Shown piece after piece: positions 19,480-27,818 of a DNA stretch of 64,000 nt (its first letter is position 1; every line of letters starts with the position of its first letter). Source of the stretch: a virus (taxonomy: Duplodnaviria > Caudoviricetes). The notes beneath the pieces were generated by a model. That model made no database searches and was not told where the DNA came from. It worked only from the letters and a program-made list of their open reading frames with translations. Made by a program: the position numbers and the translations under genes. The stretch lies in the IMG/VR virus record IMGVR_UViG_3300028833_000065; one strand, 5' to 3'.

Positions 19480-19791
19480 TTAACAGTCATCAGTATAGCA
19501 ACCTGCATACGGGTCAAATCCCATTTCAATATCGTATTCTGGTTCTTCGTATCCAAAGTGTCCCTTGGCCCATTCAATTTCTTCTTCTGAGAAATCTTCT
19601 TTCTCATCGCTGGGCGCATCAGCTTGTTCCCATTCTTCCCAGCTTGTCCATACACTAAGCCAGTCATCACAGTCCTCGCAAGGGTCATCAACATGGCATA
19701 CGCCATTCTTATCGCAGTAGGGGCAATCCCAACCGTTCACGGGGCAATAGGTGAGTTCACCGTTATAAGTTCCGGCCTTACTATCTCTCAT
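19480..19791 (-). CDS. Acidic Cys-rich hypothetical protein
   Basis: CPYC...CEDC; C-terminal GFDPYAGCYTDDC. Confidence 0.7.
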   Translation of the reverse strand: MRDSKAGTYNGELTYCPVNGWDCPYCDKNGVCHVDDPCEDCDDWLSVWTSWEEWEQADAPSDEKEDFSEEEIEWAKGHFGYEEPEYDIEMGFDPYAGCYTDDC

Positions 19792-19913
19792 TTTAGTCCC
19801 TCCTTTGTTCCTCTTGGAACTGTGATAATGATATCATACTTTGATAGAAAAAGCAAGAGAGTATTTTAGATGTATTACATCTAAAATGGAAGAAGCTGGG
19901 AAACCCAGCTTGC

Positions 19914-20168
19914 TTACTGAACCATGATTTCCATCAGCGTACCGTCGTAGTTTTCCAGCCCATAAACGCCCAGATGCAGCTCGCGTGCTTCCGCCAGCAG
20001 CTCGTTAAACTGGTTGTTCAGCTCCTGCGCACGATGCTTGCGCGCACGAATCTTACGCAGACCAGTAATAATCTGGTCAAGCTCTTCAATGGAGAGGTCA
20101 TCGGTATCAAAAGACACAACAGCGGACACGGGGTTGACGATTTCACTCAGTTTCTTTTCGGGTTTCAT
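19914..20168 (-). CDS. Hypothetical protein (paralog of 14538-14768)
   Basis: Shared helical motif; fills one cassette. Confidence 0.7.
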   Translation of the reverse strand: MKPEKKLSEIVNPVSAVVSFDTDDLSIEELDQIITGLRKIRARKHRAQELNNQFNELLAEARELHLGVYGLENYDGTLMEIMVQ

Positions 20169-20287
20169 AATCTTACTTCCTTTCGTGAGGTGATGGTTAT
20201 ATTATACTCAGATTTTAATTTTTGTCAAACATTTATTTTAGATGTAATACATCTAAAAATTATACACGGGATATTATCCCGTGGAAT

Positions 20288-20596
20288 TTACTTCCAAATT
20301 GTTTTTCCGTTTTCAGTAAACAACGACTGATTGCGGTCAACACGTTTGCGCAGATAGGGCGGAATTTTCTTTGTTCCATTGTATACAGCTACCAGCTCAC
20401 GGAAGGTAGTTACATACATTGTAATCACTTTCAGCTTGTCCTCTGTTTTTACCAGCGTAATACCAGTGTCGGTGATACACAGATAAACGCCGTTCTGATA
20501 CTTTTCGCGCACAACCTGCCCCAAGCCAATATCATTGATAATATGCTGTACCCGGTTCGCTCTTTGTACTTCGCAGTGATAAGTCATTGTTGTCAT
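20288..20596 (-). CDS. Hypothetical protein
   Basis: Fills one cassette; RBS GGAGG. Confidence 0.7.
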   Translation of the reverse strand: MTTMTYHCEVQRANRVQHIINDIGLGQVVREKYQNGVYLCITDTGITLVKTEDKLKVITMYVTTFRELVAVYNGTKKIPPYLRKRVDRNQSLFTENGKTIWK

Positions 20597-20713
20597 GGTT
20601 CATACCTCCTTTTGATGGTGTAAGTATATCATAAAATGGGAAAATTGTAAAGAGTAATTTTTAGATGTTTTACATCTAAAAACTATAATGAAATAAGCGC
20701 CAAGGCGCTTATT

Positions 20714-20935
20714 TTACATGATTTCATCAAAAGCCAAGTCAAGCCAATCATCATTTACCATACTCGCAAATTCAGATACCAGCTTGCGCAGAATAGCTCC
20801 AGCCTGCTCATCACTCATCTTGGTCAAATCCAGCCCAACATGCTTTTTCAGCCGCCGCATCAGGAGCTTGAGCATGTCGCAGTAAGTGTATTCTTTGTCA
20901 TCTTCTTCAAAGTAAACAGTCGCATTGAGTTCCAT
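20714..20935 (-). CDS. Hypothetical protein
   Basis: Fills one cassette; conserved leader at 20944-20973. Confidence 0.7.
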   Translation of the reverse strand: MELNATVYFEEDDKEYTYCDMLKLLMRRLKKHVGLDLTKMSDEQAGAILRKLVSEFASMVNDDWLDLAFDEIM

Positions 20936-21079
20936 ATTTTAGTCCTTTCTGGTTTGGGAGGTTGTCCGTCCTCTTTACAATTAGTATTATATTCATTTTA
21001 GGAAAAAAGTCAAGTAATATTTTTTAGATGTATAACATCTAAAATTATAATGAAATAAAGGGATTTCTCCCTTTATTTA

Positions 21080-21325
21080 TTAATCCAAATATCCATGGAG
21101 TTCTACATATGAAATTCTATTATTAATAGGATTAATAGTGCGCTGTGCTTTCCGCCCCAGCCTTTCTTCCAGCTTGGCGAGTTCTTCTTCAGCTTCCTTT
21201 ACGGACACAGTGTTAGCAAGTTCCAGCTTGCAGTCCTCTACGCATACGTAGATAGTAGCGCAAGAGATAGAAGGCTTGTCTTCGAAATAGGTAATCATTA
21301 CACTCATATAAGTATTATACTTCAT
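21080..21325 (-). CDS. Hypothetical protein
   Basis: Start reassigned to MKYN after AAAGGAG. Confidence 0.65.
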   Translation of the reverse strand: MKYNTYMSVMITYFEDKPSISCATIYVCVEDCKLELANTVSVKEAEEELAKLEERLGRKAQRTINPINNRISYVELHGYLD

Positions 21326-21450
21326 TGCCGTTTCTCCTTTCGTGTCCCTCTTAGGAACAACTATATTATACTCCAATTTGAAAAAAAGTCAAACATTATT
21401 TTTAGATGTATTACATCTAAAAAACATAAAAGGGGAAAATTCCCCTTTTA

Positions 21451-21723
21451 TCATTCAATTTCACCAGTATAAATATTATACTTGACATTATCATTATAAA
21501 TCTTTTTTGCCAACTGGTAAGTCATGCCGCGCTCGCGCATGAACCAACCGATGTGTTTGATGGTTGTCATGCTGTACAGTCCATTGACGATCATCCAGCC
21601 TTCCGGGTCAATCTCAATAACGGTAGTGGTGTAGCTTACCAGTTGAACAGTACCGTCCTCAAATGTCCGAACGTAGGTGCTTGCATACTTGTGACCATTG
21701 TTAAGCGATACAGTGTAATTCAT
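21451..21723 (-). CDS. Conserved phage hypothetical protein
   Basis: LVSYTTTV...YSMTTIKHI motif. Confidence 0.7.
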   Translation of the reverse strand: MNYTVSLNNGHKYASTYVRTFEDGTVQLVSYTTTVIEIDPEGWMIVNGLYSMTTIKHIGWFMRERGMTYQLAKKIYNDNVKYNIYTGEIE

Positions 21724-21868
21724 GTTTCAATCCTTCTTTCTTTTATTTCGTTCCCCTTGGAACATCTATAGTATACTGCCATTCGGGAAAAATGTCAACA
21801 GTAGTTTTTAGATGTATTACATCTAAAATTAAAATGAAATAATAGGTCCCGTTTCGGGACCTATGGAA

Positions 21869-22024
21869 TTATTCATAATACTCAACGATGTCCCAACCGC
21901 CGGACCAAATTCCGCCAAAGTGTGCGTTGTCCTCTACCCATGCCGCCGCGGCACTGATGGTTTTGAATCCATCTTCAATAATGATGTTCCATTCGATGCT
22001 TACAATACGATAGCGCTTCTTCAT
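21869..22024 (-). CDS. Small hypothetical protein
   Basis: Fills one cassette. Confidence 0.6.
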   Translation of the reverse strand: MKKRYRIVSIEWNIIIEDGFKTISAAAAWVEDNAHFGGIWSGGWDIVEYYE

Positions 22025-22146
22025 CGTTCTTACTTCCTTTCTTTTTGTGTTCCCTTGGAACAACTATATAATACACCATTTTGGGATTTGTGTCAACTTT
22101 TATTTTTAGATGTAATACATCTAAAATTAAAATGAAATACAACGGG

Positions 22147-22401
22147 TTATGTGCCCGTTGTTTTTGGTTGTGGGAAAAGCCGCTGACGCAAATTGATTGT
22201 ATCTTTAAGTTCATTTAATTTTGAAATTGCGGTTTTATGCGAAGAATAATCGATATCAATGCGATTATGGATATAGGTTCCGGGAACTAAATAAATTACT
22301 AAAGTAGAATTATAATATTCCTTTTTTGAATTGAAATTATCAACCACTTTGGCGAAAGTTATACTATTTTCGCTAAACATCATTTCTTCAAAGATAATCA
22401 T
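22147..22401 (-). CDS. Hypothetical protein
   Basis: RBS AAAGGGG; terminator after. Confidence 0.55.
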   Translation of the reverse strand: MIIFEEMMFSENSITFAKVVDNFNSKKEYYNSTLVIYLVPGTYIHNRIDIDYSSHKTAISKLNELKDTINLRQRLFPQPKTTGT

Positions 22402-22757
22402 AATATATCCCCTTTCGGGACGGCGGATTATTCCGCCGTCAAATTCGTCTTAGTGTAATAGAGATTGAAATTACCGTATTCTACGGAACAAGGGTCAGTG
22501 ATATCATCATAACCATTTTCTTCGGCATCGGTATAGAGTTCGGTTTCGGGAACGATGTAACCATTTTCTTTGTGCATCCAATAATAGTTTTTCATTTTGT
22601 AATTCCTTCCTTTCTTGTCCCTTCGGACAAGTGTATTATACTACTTTTAGGAAAAAATGCAAGTTTCATTTTTAGATGTTTTACATCTAAAAAACGAAAA
22701 AATAAAATTGAAACAAAAATATAAAGGTTGATATACTCAACCTTTATATATTAATAT

Positions 22758-23027
22758 TTAATGTTGATTATCATATCGCATTAGAATTACATTAGAATAA
22801 TGTGTTAAATATGTTATGCCTTCAATGGTAACCTGCACAACATCTGATTCATCAAAGTCGCGCCAATTGTCAATTTTACCTTCAATCATTTCACCGTTAT
22901 GTAAGATAATGATTGCTTCGTCAAAGCTTTGCTTAAAGTCAAGACCAATTTGACGATTCCCAAGAGAGCAACCTGTCATCATTAGAACACTAATCAGTAA
23001 TAGGGCAATAAGAATAACTTTTTTCAT
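22758..23027 (-). CDS. Lipoprotein
   Basis: Signal peptide with lipobox MMTGC. Confidence 0.75.
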   Translation of the reverse strand: MKKVILIALLLISVLMMTGCSLGNRQIGLDFKQSFDEAIIILHNGEMIEGKIDNWRDFDESDVVQVTIEGITYLTHYSNVILMRYDNQH

Positions 23028-23137
23028 AACGATTACTTCCTTTCTGTCCTTTGGACAAATATATTATAACATTTTTTAAAAATATTACAATGCTTCTTTT
23101 TAGATGTATTACATCTAAAATATAAAAGGTGTATTGC

Positions 23138-23446
23138 TTAGCAATACACCAATTCCATTGTAGACCATTTAAGAATACTAATCTGTTTATGTTCGCGCCC
23201 GATACGAAGCGCTTCTTTCTTTGTGCTAACACGGAAACTATGGTCAATATAGTAAATACCTTCACTATACCAGATGCCGCAGCTTCCCTCGTACAGCTTT
23301 ACAGCTTGCATAGCAGCTTCCGGTGTAGCAGCTTCCATGCCGTAGTCGGCTACCTGGTAGCCGCTCTTATATGACACAATACGTCCGTTCTTCAGTGTAA
23401 GCCCATCGTTGTTGCTCAGTTTTCGCATGGTCCGAATGTTAATCAT
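23138..23446 (-). CDS. Hypothetical protein
   Basis: Fills one cassette; RBS GGAGG. Confidence 0.7.
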   Translation of the reverse strand: MINIRTMRKLSNNDGLTLKNGRIVSYKSGYQVADYGMEAATPEAAMQAVKLYEGSCGIWYSEGIYYIDHSFRVSTKKEALRIGREHKQISILKWSTMELVYC

Positions 23447-23906
23447 TGTTTGAACCTCCATTCCTTTGATGTGTATAGTATACTAAACTATGACAGAAAA
23501 AGCAAGAGAGGATTTTAGATGTCTTACATCTAAAAAAAATACACTGCCATTAGATATGGCAGTATAATCATTATTATACAATTTCAAGTGCATTCATATA
23601 TACTTCTTCAGCTTCCCGCATATTCCATACTGCGATCATCTTATTGATAATAGTATAAATATTCTTCTTTGCCATTGCGTACATTTTCATCATTATTATT
23701 TCCTTCTTTCTATTAGTTGTGTTCATCAAGAACACCTATATTATACGCCTTTTTCTAGACATGTCAAGGCAAGTTTTTAGATGTGATACATCTAAAAAAT
23801 AAATATATATTTTTATAACTATTATAATAAATAATATATTTTATTATGTTTATAAAAATATATGTATATGAGTATAACATATATAAAAGAGGCTTATTAT
23901 CGCCTC

Positions 23907-24074
23907 TTAAATATCGTCAGATGTATACTCAATTGTATAGCCCTGTGCTTTCAGTGCTTTTACAGCTTCTCTGTCAACCGGGACAATAATTTCGTCCCAG
24001 TCAGCTGTAAAGCCAATAAAGTTGTGAACAGTAGCGATGTTTTCACAGATGGTGATTTTTGCGTATTCTTTCAT
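23907..24074 (-). CDS. Small hypothetical protein
   Basis: RBS AAAGGAG before MKEYAK. Confidence 0.55.
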   Translation of the reverse strand: MKEYAKITICENIATVHNFIGFTADWDEIIVPVDREAVKALKAQGYTIEYTSDDI

Positions 24075-24114
24075 AACTATTCTCCTTTCATGGGAAGGGC
24101 TTGCGCCCTTCCCA

Positions 24115-24339
24115 TTACATCCATGTTGTGTATTCTGTCCAGTCAAAGCCATTGGTTCCAAAGCTTACAGCTTTTTCTCTGACCATGATACAGAACAGCT
24201 TTCCATTGGGGCTTTCCGCATCATAGTCCCGTCCGCACTGGTTCACGAACCAAGCAGGGCTTTCAATAATGCGCTTTACAAGTTCCGCGCTGACTTCCAT
24301 CGTGTGCGTGTTCTCGCAATTGTGAATATAATACTTCAT
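24115..24339 (-). CDS. Hypothetical protein
   Basis: ORF between two similar hairpins (GGGAAGGG(G)CTTGCGCCC(C)TTCCC). Confidence 0.6.
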   Translation of the reverse strand: MKYYIHNCENTHTMEVSAELVKRIIESPAWFVNQCGRDYDAESPNGKLFCIMVREKAVSFGTNGFDWTEYTTWM

Positions 24340-24397
24340 TGTTCTTTTCCCCTTTCCTTTTCGTTGGGAAGGGGCTTGCGCCCCTTCCCGGTTTGTC

Positions 24398-24964
24398 TTA
24401 CTTCTGGAAGTATTCTTCCAGTGTCGGCATGTTTTCCAGCACTTCCCACAACCTGTCTTCCATCCTAGGCGTGATGGTCTGAATATTGATCTGCCTGCCG
24501 AGCTTTGTTTCCTTATCCTGCTTACTCACTTTCAGAGAGCTTGCAAGCCCGTTCTTACCGATCTTTGTGAGCGTTTCGATGAATTCCGACCGGGTGAAAA
24601 CCCAAGTCATATTCATGAAGTTGCTCTTGTTCAGGAATTGAGTGAAGGGTGCCCAGCATACGAGCACGGCATCCGGCAGGATGTTTTCCGCCGTACAATC
24701 TTCGGCCGTAAAGCCTTCACCATAGGCAACGGCGCCCGAACCTGTCTTAATCTCGATTGCGCCAATACCCTTCCGGCTTACATCGTTCGAACCGAGCTTG
24801 CGACAACGAACATCATTCGCGCGAGTGATGCCCCTAACAAGGATATAGTCGCGAACGACAACGTCCATCAGCTTTCCCATACTTCCTGTGCTGTGCTTGC
24901 TATCCTGCCGGGCAAGCTCTTTTTCATAGTTGGAAAGTTTTTCAAGATACTCAGAACGCTTCAT
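24398..24964 (-). CDS. Hypothetical protein, possible PD-(D/E)xK nuclease fold
   Basis: SNDVSRKGIGAIEIKTG; first gene of the leftward early unit. Confidence 0.55.
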   Translation of the reverse strand: MKRSEYLEKLSNYEKELARQDSKHSTGSMGKLMDVVVRDYILVRGITRANDVRCRKLGSNDVSRKGIGAIEIKTGSGAVAYGEGFTAEDCTAENILPDAVLVCWAPFTQFLNKSNFMNMTWVFTRSEFIETLTKIGKNGLASSLKVSKQDKETKLGRQINIQTITPRMEDRLWEVLENMPTLEEYFQK

Positions 24965-25310
24965 GATTGTGTCCCCCTTATAATAGTTATAGTCTTATCT
25001 TCACCGCATCGGCCTGCTCATATCATCGCCGGCTGCCCGTCTCGGTATGTCTAGATTATACTCTTTCTGTTTTAAATGTCAAGCACTTTTTTGATTTTTT
25101 TTGAAAAAAATTTTTATGCGTTTTATCCTATATAAGACGAATAATAATAATGATAAAAATATAACCATTTAAGACGCTGCCTTTTAACACTTCACCGCGC
25201 TAAAGTGCGGATAATTTTATCACTTTTTATTGATAAATATATAACCATTATCCCGGCATAAAATTGTGTTAGTTATCACTAACTCGGGCGGTTAGTTAGT
25301 CATAACTAAC

Positions 25311-25467
25311 TGTGGATAAAGTTGTGGATAAAATTATCCACAAGCCTGTGGATAATTCTGTGGAAAACCTGTGGAAAACTTTATCCACAGCCCTGTGGAT
25401 AAACCTGTGGATAACTTTATCCACAACCCGGGGGATATTTTCAGGCTGTGGATAAACCTGTGGATAA
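25311..25467. promoter_or_regulatory. DnaA-box cluster (10 perfect TTATCCACA/TGTGGATAA plus 2 single-mismatch)
   Basis: Perfect boxes at 25311, 25323, 25334, 25347, 25381, 25394, 25406, 25417, 25447, 25459; TGTGGAAAA at 25359 and 25370. Confidence 0.9.
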
Positions 25468-25547
25468 CTCGGGGCATGCCCTCCCCAAATTCCACCAACT
25501 TTTTTAAAAATGAACCTTAAAAAATAAAACTTATTAAACTCAAATAC

Positions 25548-25577
25548 TTGACAACCCATTACCCGATATGATACAAT
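25548..25577 (+). promoter_or_regulatory. Promoter for the late/packaging operon
   Basis: TTGACA-18bp-TACAAT with TG extension; RBS AAAGGAGG downstream. Confidence 0.55.
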
Positions 25578-25603
25578 TAAAATAAAGGAGGTGTTGCAAT
25601 CAA

Positions 25604-26911
25604 ATGAAAAAAGCATATTCATTAGATTATAACATAGAAAGAGACACCGACCGTTTGGAATTGGTAAAAGGTATTCTAGATACCTTACCCAACGACCCTT
25701 CGCCGCAAGATTTAGAACAAATGGCCACCTACATATTATACGGCAAGGATGAAAACGGACTGTCCTCTCTAAAGCGTGGAGAAGTATATAATAACTCCAA
25801 GCGCTACAACACATTTAAAACCTCCGACGATTATGTTCTTTCGCTAGATGAAATACTTGAAAATCCCGCTACCGACGAACAAGAATTCCGTAGTGCCTAC
25901 AAGCGCGACATTTACAAGAAATCCGTTCCTACCATATAGCGCCCCAAGTACGATAAAAAAACTGGCGAACTAATTGATATCGGAGACGCCGACATCCCCG
26001 GTATGGTAGAACTTTGGGAGCGCCTAGACCACCTAGACAAGTGGGTTCAGATGTTATCAGGCAAGTTGCCGCCAGAGGAAGGCTTTCTTATGTTTGAGGA
26101 TGACTATCGCCTCTACCGCCTCAAACATAATTTGGTAGATATGAAGAGGACGCAATACTACCTAAAGGATGTATATAAGCCGCAATTGCGCTTTTAGGCG
26201 CTAGACCACCCCAAACCCCAATTCTACGAATGGGATGGGGAATCCGCCTACTGGATACCCTATGAGGAATGGGAATATCGCGTTACCCACTCCTACACCC
26301 ATACAATTTCAACGCGCCTTGAGGACTATGAAACACGCGGCGAACCCCCGCATCTAGAAGTGCGCTGGATTGTATGCCGCCATAATTTTGATTGGGAAAA
26401 CTACAAACATATTTACGCCCTTATGAATAACTATTTGCCGCTGCGCGAATAGCTTAAAGATAAGTTAAATACATATGGGCGCACCCTTATTTGGGACCTT
26501 GAGCGCTACGTAGAAATGACCCCATTGTCCCCAATTCGCCGCGCCATTGTTTATAAAGTAATGGACCAAATGCCGCGCGAACAAATATGCCAAGAGCTGT
26601 AGGAAGAATTTGGCTTTACCTACAACGCCTACTATCTTAGCACCCTTATCGCCAACGATATCCCAAAAGAAATTGCGCGAACCGCCGCAAAGCATCGTAT
26701 CCTGTGCGAGACCCCGAAATCCGAACTAAAAGTATGTAAGGGTTGCGGCCAAGCCTTACCGCGCCATGCCCTATTCTATACAAAAAACGCCGGCCGCAAG
26801 GATGGTTTTTAGTCCTATTGCCGAGATTGCGAGCGCAAACGCCGCATAAAGAGGGGGGAATAGAATGAGTATGACGGAAGAAAAAAAGACCAAGCGATGC
26901 TATAGGTGTAA
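25604..26911 (+). CDS. Protein with C-terminal HTH-like region and C4 Zn finger (435 aa, TAG=Gln)
   Basis: ORF fragments at 25604 and 26003 share a frame joined by TAGs; CKGC...CRDC near the C-terminus. Confidence 0.65.
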
Positions 26912-27818
26912 GGTAGATAAGCCGCTAGAAGCCTATCAATATACACCATCGCGCTTCTTTCCCGGCCATCGTTCCTATATCTGTACTTCATGCCTTGAGG
27001 CAACTACCCCGCAAGACAACCTAGGTGAGGTTGACCGCGTAATGCGCTGGTTGGACTTGCCGCTGGACCTTAACAAATGGACGCAACTTTACGCGCAATA
27101 CAAGGACCATACCTTTACCGCGTACTTCAATCTACTGTATGATGACCATTATGCGGCATTAACCTGGCAAGAAGAGAACGCGCGATGGGAATTGGCGCGA
27201 AAAGAAGGCACCATTGATGATGAGATTAAGGCAATTTCAGAAGCCAAAATGAAGCACCTAAAGAAGGTATGGGGCCCAACCTATAAGGCCGATGAACTTC
27301 TTTGGCTTGAGGACTTCTACAATAAAATCGTAGCAACTCAAAACGTTTCCACTCCAATTCTTTAGGAAAAGGCGCGCGACTTTTGTGAGCTTTAGTGGCA
27401 TATTAAATAGGGACTGCGCGAAGGCATTGATGTTTCTAAGATGATGAAGCAGGCTGACGACATTGTTAAAACCTACCACTTTGAGGCATCCAATGCGAAG
27501 TCCGCGGCGGACTTTGAGTCTGTTGGGGAACTTATGGTTTATTTTGGCAAGAAAGGGTGGCATCCAAATTGGCATACTGAGCCACAAGATTCCATTGACT
27601 TTATGATGGAAAATATTCAAAATTATTTGTAGCGGCTGGTCCGCAATGAAGGCAACTTTGCCGAATAGGTAGAAGATAAGCGCGCGAAGTATAATATGAC
27701 TGAACGCCTTGAAGAAATTGAAAATGAAAAGGTTGAGTTTGACGAAACCGCCGACATTGAATATGAAGGCGATAGCGAACTTGCCGCCGAGCTATAGGGA
27801 GGGGAGTAGGATGAGTGA
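26865..27818 (+). CDS. Putative terminase small subunit (317 aa, TAG=Gln)
   Basis: N-terminal CYRC...CTSC; directly upstream of TerL; same frame through TAGs. Confidence 0.55.

Larger units (their letters stand above)
7461..23795. repeat. 29 copies of TTAGATGT-N3-ACATCTAA delimiting 28 gene cassettes
   Basis: Starts at 7461, 8085, 8578, 9196, 10406, 11225, 11844, 12968, 13891, 14491, 15100, 15657, 16222, 17144, 17705, 18039, 18528, 19432, 19866, 20238, 20661, 21024, 21402, 21808, 22106, 22672, 23100, 23515, 23777. The 8-bp arms are invariant, the 3-nt centre varies, and all copies are intergenic. Confidence 0.97.

Noticed and set aside
6848-23735. GTTC...GAAC hairpins as SOS (LexA) boxes
   Set aside because: Half-site order is reversed relative to GAAC-N4-GTTC and spacing varies.
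7461-23795. CRISPR array interpretation of the 19-bp repeat
   Set aside because: Intervals are 260-1210 bp and contain promoters and genes; the repeat is too short and no cas genes are present.
7461-23795. Canonical integron attC, dif, parS or LexA sites
   Set aside because: No RYYYAAC/GTTRRRY attC structure and no match to the dif, parS (TGTTTCACGTGAAACA) or Cheo box (GAAC-N4-GTTC) consensus; no IntI gene seen.
25296-25814. 172-aa minus-strand ORF
   Set aside because: It runs across the DnaA-box repeats and antisense to a real gene; the VDK/IHR repeats are a by-product of the boxes.
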